Notes: a model not told the origin generated them from the letters alone. A DNA stretch of 32,000 nt from Allobaculum fili (GCF_020969955.1 NZ_JAHDSX010000005.1:58051-90050); one strand, 5' to 3'; shown: positions 1 through 7,021, counted from the first letter of the stretch. Made by a program: numbers and translations.

Positions 1-81
1 TCAAACAGGTCATTTTTTTGCCAGCCTGTTCGCACCGCCTCTTTTTCAGGTGTCTTTTTATCCGGTTTACAAACTCGGATT

Positions 82-1677
82 TCAGGCCGCTGCTTTTACA
101 GGCTTGCGGGTGAAACCAAGAATCAGAGCTGCAGCAGCTACGCCTGCTGCAAGAGCGACCAGATACATCAGCGGATTGCCGATGGTCAGGACAACAAAGA
201 TACCGCCATGAGGTGCCATCAGCGTGCATCCGAACAGTTCAGAAAGCGCGCCGGCAAGAGCGGAACCAATCGCACACGCGGGAAGCACGTGAAGCGGGTC
301 GCTCGCCGCAAATGGAATTGCACCTTCTGTAATGAACGACAGTCCCATGACCACATTCGTCGGCGCTGTTTTCCGCTCATCTTCTGTGAACTTGTTTTTA
401 AACAGCCATGAGGCAAGAGCTATGGCGATGGGAGGAACCATGCCGCCGATCATAACCGAAGCCATTACGGCATAATTTCCAGCCGCAAGAGAAGCCGTGC
501 CGAATACATACGCCGCTTTGTTGAACGGGCCGCCCATATCGATGGCCATCATTCCGGCAAGCAGAGCACCAAGAACCACCCCTGAAACGCCGTTCAGCGA
601 TTCGAGCCAGAGATTCAGCTGTGTATTGAGCCAGCCGACTGGCGGTTCAACCAGGAACATCATAATTGCACCGGTGATCAGAACACCGAAGAACGGATAG
701 ATCAGCATCGGCTTAATGCCTTCCAGGGAATCCGGGAGTTTGGTACAAATCTTTTTCAGACCGTTAATTACATAGCCGGCCACGAATCCAATCAGCAGCG
801 CGCCAAGGAATCCGGATTTTCCATTTGCGGCAATGGCGCCGCCGACAAATCCGACCATCAGCCCCGGGCGATCCGCAATCGACATGGCGATGTATCCGGA
901 AAGAACCGGGAGCATGAAGCCAAACGCAATATCGCCCACACTCTTGAAGAAAGCCGCCGCCGGCGTAATCGTACCAAACAGCTGCCGCTCGGATTCAGCC
1001 AGCATGTTCATGTCTACGCAAAAGCCGTCAATCAGGAAGGCAATAGCGATCATGATTCCGCCGCCGACAATAAAGGGAAGCATGTGCGAAACGCCGTTCA
1101 TCAGGTCTTTATACACCTTGTGCCAGCCGGATTCTTTTTCTTCCGATCCTTCTGCATGCGATGCATTGCCGGATTCGTATACCGGAGCGGCCGGATCCAG
1201 GGAGCGTTCGATCAGCTCCTGCGGTTTATGAATTCCATCGGCAACAGCGGTCTGAATCACGCGTTTTCCGTTGAATCGATCCATAGGAACTTTTGTATCG
1301 GCCGCAACAATGATTCCATCGGCATTCTGAATGTCGTCCGCCGTCAGTATATTTTTTGCGCCGCCGGATCCGCGTGTTTCCACCTTGACCCGGTATCCCA
1401 TTTCCTTAGCTTTTTTCTCAATGGACTCTGCAGCCATATACGTATGCGCAATTCCCGTCGGGCATCCCGTAACCGCCACAATATAAGGAACCTTTGCATC
1501 CGGATTTGCGCCGGCTGCCGGCTCTTTTTCTGCCGTCGCCGTTTTTTCTGCCGCCGGCTGATCGAGGGCTTCTTCCGCCTCATTGAGCAGATTCAAAAAT
1601 TCCTCTGGTGTCTGCGCCTTTTTGAGTGCGCTGGAAAGCTCTTCATTCATCAGCATTCTCGACAGCTGGGCCAGCAC
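82..1677 (-). CDS. fruA: PTS fructose-specific EIIB-EIIC component; downstream part of an apparently frameshifted EIIABC gene
   Basis: 531-aa ORF. It carries the EIIB(Fru) phospho-Cys motif VAVTGCPTGIAHTYMAAE, followed by a long multi-TM EIIC domain. Its first ~35 aa (LAQLSRMLMNEELSSALKKAQTPEEFLNLL) look like the C-terminal helix of an EIIA(Fru/Mtl) domain. It is the last gene of a fruR-fruK-fruA cluster. The ORF-track start is a GTG. Confidence 0.85.
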   Translation of the reverse strand: MLAQLSRMLMNEELSSALKKAQTPEEFLNLLNEAEEALDQPAAEKTATAEKEPAAGANPDAKVPYIVAVTGCPTGIAHTYMAAESIEKKAKEMGYRVKVETRGSGGAKNILTADDIQNADGIIVAADTKVPMDRFNGKRVIQTAVADGIHKPQELIERSLDPAAPVYESGNASHAEGSEEKESGWHKVYKDLMNGVSHMLPFIVGGGIMIAIAFLIDGFCVDMNMLAESERQLFGTITPAAAFFKSVGDIAFGFMLPVLSGYIAMSIADRPGLMVGFVGGAIAANGKSGFLGALLIGFVAGYVINGLKKICTKLPDSLEGIKPMLIYPFFGVLITGAIMMFLVEPPVGWLNTQLNLWLESLNGVSGVVLGALLAGMMAIDMGGPFNKAAYVFGTASLAAGNYAVMASVMIGGMVPPIAIALASWLFKNKFTEDERKTAPTNVVMGLSFITEGAIPFAASDPLHVLPACAIGSALAGALSELFGCTLMAPHGGIFVVLTIGNPLMYLVALAAGVAAAALILGFTRKPVKAAA

Positions 1678-2018
1678 CTGAAGATGAACGTTTCCGCCTC
1701 CGGTGCGGCAATCAGGAACAGAAGATTCACCGGCTGTCCGTCGAGAGAGTCATAATCCACACCGTCTGGAATGACCATGGCGGCCAGACCTGGCTGTTTT
1801 ACGGCTGCGCTGCGGCCATGGGGAATCGCGATCCCCATGCCCACACCCGTCGTACTTTCTTTTTCCCGGTTATAAACCTGTTCTTCATAGGGAGCGCGCT
1901 CTGCGATTTTTCCGCTTTTTTCCATGAGATCAATCGCTTTGCGGATAATTTCGTTTTTATCGGCAGCAGAAGCATGCACATCGATGCTTTCGATTGCCAG
2001 CAAATCGCGAATTTTCAT
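1650..2018 (-). CDS. fruA: PTS EIIA (fructose/mannitol type) domain fragment; upstream part of frameshifted fruA
   Basis: 122-aa ORF with an AGGAAAGGAAAA RBS 5' of the ATG. The active-site region is GVGMGIAIPHGRS. The domain ends in an out-of-frame tail (ETFIFRCWPSCREC). The -1 frame continues GGNVHLQVLAQLSRML into the 82..1677 ORF. Confidence 0.8.
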   Translation of the reverse strand: MKIRDLLAIESIDVHASAADKNEIIRKAIDLMEKSGKIAERAPYEEQVYNREKESTTGVGMGIAIPHGRSAAVKQPGLAAMVIPDGVDYDSLDGQPVNLLFLIAAPEAETFIFRCWPSCREC

Positions 2019-2202
2019 GTGTTTTCCTTTCCTCTGCCGGACGATTCCGTCCGTCTTTTTCGCTTAAGGTAAATCGGGTGTCTCTTTGCACATCTGCATC
2101 CTGTTTTGAGTAAGGAAAACATCGCAGGCGAACACAGATCCGACGCTTCCGGAAATTCCAGATCGGCCGGCAGGAAAGCAGTGTGCAGTGTATTGAAATC
2201 GA

Positions 2203-3126
2203 TCAGAGTGTAAACTGCTGAATCTCGATCAGACTTTCGTTCTGAAGCCGCTGAATATCTTCGTACTGGGCCAGATCGCTGCAGAAGGCGGTAGCCGATC
2301 CGCAGTAGACGCCAAGAGCAAGCGCCTCTTTAAGATTCTCGGTATCGAGATAGCCAGCCATAAATCCCGCAACCATCGAGTCGCCCGACCCGACGGAATT
2401 GACCAGTTTTCCCTGCGGGCAGGAAGCCGTATAAAACGCGCCGTCCATTCCGGCAAGCAGTGCACCTTTCGCCCCGCGGGAAACCAGAACATTTTTTGCC
2501 CCCATGTCCTGAAGTCTGCGGGCCGCCCGGGCAAGGCTTTCGACGGATTCAAGTTTCTGATCAAACAGAGCTTCCAGCTCATCCTGATTTGGCTTGATCA
2601 GAAACGGATGCCGCTCGAGGGTATGGAGCAGAAGATCGCCCGTGGCGTCTACCGCACTGAGCACGGAGTCCTTGGTCAGATCGAGCAGATGACGGTAGAA
2701 CATCGAATCCATTCCAGCCGGAACGCTTCCAGAAAGAATCAGCACATCCTTTTCGTTCAGGCTTCGGATGCGGGTTTTCAGTTTTTCCACGTCCGCCTCA
2801 CAAAGCTGCAGACCGCATCCGTTGATTTCCGTTTCCCTGCCGGATTTGAGCTTGACGTTAATCCGGGTATAGCCGGCACAGTCGATGAAGTCCTTTTTAA
2901 AGCGGCGCTCTTCCAGCATGCGCACAAGTTCCTGTCCGGAAAATCCGGCCACAAATCCAAGGGCTGTATTTTCATGGCCGAGCCGTCCAAGGATCGTGGA
3001 TACATTGATGCCTTTTCCGCCTGGATACAGTGCGCATTCTTCGGCCCGGTTTGTTTCGCCGGTTTCGAAATGATCGACGCGCATGATGTAGTCCAGCGAA
3101 GGATTGGCGGTAAGAGTGTAGATCAT
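2203..3126 (-). CDS. fruK: 1-phosphofructokinase (PfkB/ribokinase family)
   Basis: 307 aa. The N-terminus MIYTLTANPSLDY and the C-terminal motif NSVGSGDSMVAGF are typical of FruK. It sits between a DeoR regulator and the fructose PTS genes. Confidence 0.9.
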   Translation of the reverse strand: MIYTLTANPSLDYIMRVDHFETGETNRAEECALYPGGKGINVSTILGRLGHENTALGFVAGFSGQELVRMLEERRFKKDFIDCAGYTRINVKLKSGRETEINGCGLQLCEADVEKLKTRIRSLNEKDVLILSGSVPAGMDSMFYRHLLDLTKDSVLSAVDATGDLLLHTLERHPFLIKPNQDELEALFDQKLESVESLARAARRLQDMGAKNVLVSRGAKGALLAGMDGAFYTASCPQGKLVNSVGSGDSMVAGFMAGYLDTENLKEALALGVYCGSATAFCSDLAQYEDIQRLQNESLIEIQQFTL

Positions 3127-3279
3127 GAAGTTCTCCTTTCCTTTTTCCCAGACAGAGATACCGGGACGATCGAGCCTGGCTTACCTCGATTCGCCCAAAA
3201 CCGCTGTTTGGGCTTCCTGTTTTTCTGATGATCGGTGCAAGTTCGTCACGCCGGACAGAGCTGCTTTGTCCTGAGGGTT

Positions 3280-4059
3280 TTACTGGATTTCGTCTTCGTT
3301 CTCCGAAACCGTTTCGCCCGTGCTTCGAAGAACCAGTCCGGGAAATCCATCCGGAATCTGCGCGTTTTTTTCCGTAATCAGAACGGCCTGTGACAGGTCG
3401 CCAAACCGAACGGCCGCGATCTGATCAAACTTGGAAGAATCGGCAAGCACATAGGCTTCCAGCGTTCTCTCCAGCGCTTTTTTCTTTACACTCGCTTCCC
3501 GTACATCCGGTGTCAGCAGTTCTCCGTCTTCTGTGACGGCATTGGTCCCAAAAAATCCTTTGGAAAATCGGTACTTGTCCAGAAATTCGAGTGTTTCTTC
3601 CCCCACCAGCGCACTGGTGATCGATTTGAGCTCTCCGCCGGTTACGGAAACCGGAACGCCGAGCTCCATCAGCCGTACGGCATGGGAAATGGAATCGGTA
3701 ATCGCCCGGATCTTCTTTCCGGCCAGCAGAGGAAGGAGTGCTTCCACCGTTGTTCCAGCATCCAGATAAATGGTTTCGCCATCCTGAATCTGCGCGGCTG
3801 CCTGAAGGGCAATCGCCTTTTTTTCTTTCTGATGCTGGTCCCGGCGGCTCGCCAGCTGACTGTCGGAAACATGGGTTCTCGGTTTGCAGGTCACGCCGCC
3901 GCGTACCCGATGCAGCAGCCCCTGTTCTTCAAGCGCCATCAGATCTCTTCGCAGCGTACTCTCGGACGTCCCGAGCAGATCGAGCAGTTCCTGCTGCGAT
4001 GCTCTTTCTTTTCCTTTTAAATACTCCAGAATTTTCTCGTGTCTTTCTTCGGTCATCAT
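3280..4059 (-). CDS. fruR: DeoR-family transcriptional regulator of the fructose operon
   Basis: 259 aa with an N-terminal wHTH (ERHEKILEYLKGKERASQQELLDLLGTSESTLRRDLMALEEQGLLHRVRGG) and a DeoR C-terminal sugar-phosphate sensor domain. It is the first gene of the fru cluster. RBS is GAAGGAAAA. Confidence 0.85.
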   Translation of the reverse strand: MMTEERHEKILEYLKGKERASQQELLDLLGTSESTLRRDLMALEEQGLLHRVRGGVTCKPRTHVSDSQLASRRDQHQKEKKAIALQAAAQIQDGETIYLDAGTTVEALLPLLAGKKIRAITDSISHAVRLMELGVPVSVTGGELKSITSALVGEETLEFLDKYRFSKGFFGTNAVTEDGELLTPDVREASVKKKALERTLEAYVLADSSKFDQIAAVRFGDLSQAVLITEKNAQIPDGFPGLVLRSTGETVSENEDEIQ

Positions 4060-4125
4060 TTTCTGTTTTCCTTCATTTCTTTTCTATTTCTTTCACCTCT
4101 GTTCACCTGGTTTTCTTACAGTGAA

Positions 4126-4154
4126 ATCATACGGCGATGAAAGCGGTTAATCAA
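4126..4154 (-). promoter_or_regulatory. Putative sigma-A-type promoter of fruR-fruK-fruA
   Basis: On the minus strand: TTGATT (4154-4149), a 17-nt spacer, then TATGAT (4131-4126), about 70 nt upstream of the fruR ATG. The spacer contains a near-cre sequence, TGAAAGCGGTTAATCA (4137-4152). Confidence 0.5.
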
Positions 4155-4158
4155 CCAT

Positions 4159-4178
4159 ATTTATTCAAATTTATTCAT
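4159..4178. promoter_or_regulatory. 10-bp-period direct repeat ATTTATTCA(A/T) x2, candidate DeoR/FruR operator
   Basis: ATTTATTCAA and ATTTATTCAT are adjacent, immediately upstream of the -35. Further TGAAyAAAT-like boxes on the minus strand extend to ~4260 in a very AT-rich stretch. Confidence 0.35.
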
Positions 4179-4714
4179 TAATTTTCTTTTTATCCTTTGA
4201 TTCCATCTATTTTCGTTCAGTTTCTTTCTTATTTGTTCAAAACTATTCATATATTTCATATTTATCCAAAAGCAGAAACGCTGCACCCGGCCTTGGAAGC
4301 CCGCAAAATGGCGTCAAAGGCTCGCTCAGCTCCTTATTTGTTCATAGTACTCCAATAAAGAGCCGCTTTCGTCCAATTCTGAAAGATCGTCCGGAGGAAA
4401 GAAAACGGGACGAACGTTCTGTCCCTGGATAATTGGCGGCTTTATCTGACGAAAAAACTGTCCAGAACACGTAAGCCTGTTTTTCGGAATGGAACGGGAA
4501 GTTCAGATGCTTCCGGAACCGGTCACGAAGCTTCAGATTTTTAAACAGGAACAAACTCTCTGAATCTCACACATAAATTGCGGGTGTGCTTCGTCACAGC
4601 CGGTATTTTCAATTCTGGCCTTTCTCAAATCCGCTTCAGACTGTATCCTGTCTAGTAGACGGATGCCTCCGGGCGAATGGAGGACATCCACATAGATCTT
4701 GGAGGATTTATATT

Positions 4715-5140
4715 TTGAAAAAGACCGTTTATACACTGCTGAGCGCAGCTCTGCTGCTTACCATGGCCGGCTGCTCCAGCAAGCCTGCAGACTCCAGCAC
4801 TTCGTCTGCAGCCGGATCATCCGCTGTCTCCGACGCTTCCGCCATTACGAGCGAAGGCACTTCTTCCGCGAAAGAAGAACCTGCAGAACCGGCAATTTAT
4901 GCGGTAGGCGACATTCTCGCCAACACGCCGTTCTCCCGTCAGTCGGTCATCAATCAGCTGATCGACATGGGCTATTCCAAATCCACCGCAGAAAGCGCCG
5001 TTGACGAATACGGAGCTGACTGGGTAGAAAACGCGAAAGAAATGCTGAATCGTCTCGACAAGAAAGATCACGACGAAGCGATCCAGACGCTGCTCGACTT
5101 TGGTTTCACACAGGAAGAAGCCGAAGCGGCTGTTGAATAA
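4715..5140 (+). CDS. Ltp-family (host cell surface-exposed) lipoprotein
   Basis: TTG start 8 nt after GGAGGA (4701-4706). This start gives a lipoprotein signal peptide, KKTVYTLLSAALLLTMAGC, then a Ser/Ala-rich linker. An Ltp-type repeat follows (FSRQSVINQLIDMGYSKSTAESAVDEYGADWVENAKEMLNRL), then a second shorter repeat (AIQTLLDFGFTQEEAEAAVE). The ORF-track ATG at 4586 would add 43 aa with no signal peptide or RBS. Confidence 0.7.
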   Translation: MKKTVYTLLSAALLLTMAGCSSKPADSSTSSAAGSSAVSDASAITSEGTSSAKEEPAEPAIYAVGDILANTPFSRQSVINQLIDMGYSKSTAESAVDEYGADWVENAKEMLNRLDKKDHDEAIQTLLDFGFTQEEAEAAVE

Positions 5141-5188
5141 GCTGTTGAATAATTGAAAAGAAGTCATTCCAGTACCAGACCCATTTCA

Positions 5189-5240
5189 GGCGCTCTGCCC
5201 GCTGTTTTTACAGCCGGTCGAGCGCCTTTTCCTGTTTTCA
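5189..5240 (+). terminator. Intrinsic terminator of the lipoprotein gene
   Basis: The outer stem GGCGCTC (5189-5195) / GAGCGCC (5220-5226) encloses an inner stem GCTG/CAGC. It is followed by TTTTCCTGTTTT. Confidence 0.6.
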
Positions 5241-5357
5241 GCTTTCCTTATCATCTTTTTCCTCTTACCTTTTTCCTCTTCCCGCTTCCCTTTCTTTTCT
5301 CTCTTTCGTGTCCAGTTTTCAGGGTACCCTTTCTTCCTTGCTCTGGGTATGCGGCTA

Positions 5358-5408
5358 TAAAAAAATCCGTCTGGATTTTGCCGAACAATCGGACAGTCCA
5401 GACGGATT
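5358..5408 (-). terminator. Intrinsic terminator of pyrF-FNT transcription unit
   Basis: 12-bp stem AATCCGTCTGGA (5364-5375) / TCCAGACGGATT (5397-5408). On the minus strand a run of 7 U follows (complement of A-run 5358-5364). It lies 46 nt after the FNT stop. Confidence 0.75.
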
Positions 5409-5453
5409 ACCATTCCTTTTTGAAATGCAGCTTTGAAACACAGCGTTTCGAGC

Positions 5454-6041
5454 TTAGTTTTTGGCTTTTGCCTGCAGTGACGGCCAGCGGAAGATGGCTT
5501 TGTCTTCGACCATCAGACGGCAGATCACCGCGCCAAGCGCGTTGCCAAGCAAAATCCAGAGCAGGTTGAGCGACCATTTCCAGGCCAGCGCCATATAGGC
5601 GAAGTCGGCGATGGAGTGTTCAAATCCACAGAGGATAAATACCGTGACGCAAAGGAAGCATCCAGCGTGAAAGCCTCTTTTCCAGGAGCTGACCGCCAGA
5701 TACATGAGAACGCCGCAAAACGTCCCGTTAATGAGGGCGACATACCAGCTCAGGGCGTCTTTCTTTTCCACCAGTGCCTGCGCGGTTTCAATCACCGGCG
5801 TGTTCGTGCGCAGCAGCAGACAGACAATTCCGGCACCGATCAGGTTGCCCAGAAGAATACGGAGAAACGGCAGGTCCTGCTCGCCGAAAAAGCCGATTTT
5901 CCCGGTGAAGAGATCAAGCTGATAAATGATGACAAACGCCAGGCCGAAGCCGAAAAAGAGGGCGCCCAGCGGCGCTTCGGCACGAAGGAACAAATACGCG
6001 GCAATCGCAATCATTCCGCCGGCCGCAATCGATTTTTTCAT
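5454..6041 (-). CDS. Formate/nitrite transporter (FNT) family protein, compact form
   Basis: 195 aa, all membrane. FNT hallmarks are YQLDLFTGKIG (the TM2 L-F-T-G motif) and LCGFEHSIADFAYM (the TM5 GFEHS motif). It starts 15 nt after the pyrF stop. Confidence 0.75.
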   Translation of the reverse strand: MKKSIAAGGMIAIAAYLFLRAEAPLGALFFGFGLAFVIIYQLDLFTGKIGFFGEQDLPFLRILLGNLIGAGIVCLLLRTNTPVIETAQALVEKKDALSWYVALINGTFCGVLMYLAVSSWKRGFHAGCFLCVTVFILCGFEHSIADFAYMALAWKWSLNLLWILLGNALGAVICRLMVEDKAIFRWPSLQAKAKN

Positions 6042-6056
6042 GGAAAGCGGCCCTGC

Positions 6057-6755
6057 TTACGCGTTCATCACCGCTTCGATGGCTTCAAACGTGGCTTTCG
6101 GATCCGCTGCCTTAGTAATGGAACGACCGACAACGATGTAATCGCATCCCTGTTTGCGGGCGAATTCCGGGGTGGCGACGCGCTTCTGGTCGTCCTTGGA
6201 ATCGGTGGCCAGACGAATGCCCGGGGTTACAGTAAGGAAATCTTCGCCGCAGGCTTCCTTGATCGCCTTGGCTTCATGGACGGAGCAGACCACGCCGTCC
6301 AGACCGGCTTCCTTGGCCGCTTTGGCGTAGCGAATGACGGAATCGATGACTTCGCCAGGGATGCCCTGCTGTTCGTTCATCGCTTCCTTCGACGTGCTGG
6401 TCAGCTGTGTTACCGCGATGACGAGCGGCTTCTTGCCTTCGCCGGCACCGAGTTCAATGCCTTCCTTGGCGGCTTTCATCATTTCGATGCCGCCGGCCGC
6501 ATGGCAGTTGACGATATCGGCGCCCAGAGCCGCCAGGTTTTTCATGCCGCCTTTTACGGTGTTTGGAATATCGTGCAGCTTCAGATCGAGGAAAACGTCA
6601 TGACCCATCGCCTTGACTTCACGGACCATGTCCAGACCTTCCGCATACGTCAGTTCCATGCCGATTTTTACGGTGACGGGCTGATCAAACTGGGAAAGGA
6701 AATCCAGGACTTCCTGACGGCTGGAAAAATCCAGCGCAATAATTGTTTTGCTCAT
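6057..6755 (-). CDS. pyrF: Orotidine 5'-phosphate decarboxylase
   Basis: 232 aa. Motifs: IIALDF...FLDLKLHDIPNTV...TPGIR. Strong RBS GAAGGAG. Confidence 0.92.
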   Translation of the reverse strand: MSKTIIALDFSSRQEVLDFLSQFDQPVTVKIGMELTYAEGLDMVREVKAMGHDVFLDLKLHDIPNTVKGGMKNLAALGADIVNCHAAGGIEMMKAAKEGIELGAGEGKKPLVIAVTQLTSTSKEAMNEQQGIPGEVIDSVIRYAKAAKEAGLDGVVCSVHEAKAIKEACGEDFLTVTPGIRLATDSKDDQKRVATPEFARKQGCDYIVVGRSITKAADPKATFEAIEAVMNA

Positions 6756-6974
6756 AAATTCTCCTTCTCTCGCTTTCGTGTTCTTCTGATGTTTCGCCGT
6801 TCTGCGCTTTCGAGCGTAGTCGGACAGGCATTTACGGATCGAATCGAGCCAGGCGCAGCAGGTCGCGCCTGGCGGTGCAGTTTTCGATCGCCTTTACTGT
6901 ATCGAATCCTGTCTGAAAATGACAAAGAATCCAGCTTTCGTACGAAAAAGGGCTTTTCTTCTCTTCGTTTCGCC

Positions 6975-7010
6975 TCAAAAAAGAAGCCGGCAGTCGACCG
7001 GCTTCTTCGT
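6975..7010 (-). terminator. Intrinsic terminator after pyrD (usable in both directions)
   Basis: 10-bp stem AAGAAGCCGG (6981-6990) / CCGGCTTCTT (6998-7007). It is flanked by an A-run on one side and a T-run on the other, and starts 15 nt after the pyrD stop. Confidence 0.8.
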
Positions 7011-7021
7011 TTTTAAAAGAC

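Noticed and set aside
1-81. A terminator downstream of fruA, from the hairpin AACAGG...CCTGTT near the window start.
   Set aside because: The stem is only 6 bp with a 15-nt A-rich loop, and the window edge cuts the context. This is not enough support.
4137-4152. The cre (CcpA) site TGAAAGCGGTTAATCA inside the fru promoter, considered as a separate feature.
   Set aside because: It is only an approximate match to the cre consensus: the right half-site is displaced or mismatched. It is mentioned within the promoter finding but not called as a feature.
5616-7016. Long antisense ORFs opposite real genes: 5616..7016 (+), 9408..10661 (+), 11827..12870 (+), 12872..13978 (+), 18384..19550 (-), 24360..25724 (+), 28347..29765 (+), and others.
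   Set aside because: Each lies entirely opposite a gene with an unmistakable conserved product (pyrF/FNT, carB, carA, pyrC, the CNNM-type gene, cca, tldD). Their translations are Arg/Gly/Phe-rich low-complexity strings with no recognisable motifs and no SD. They are typical shadow ORFs of GC-rich coding DNA.
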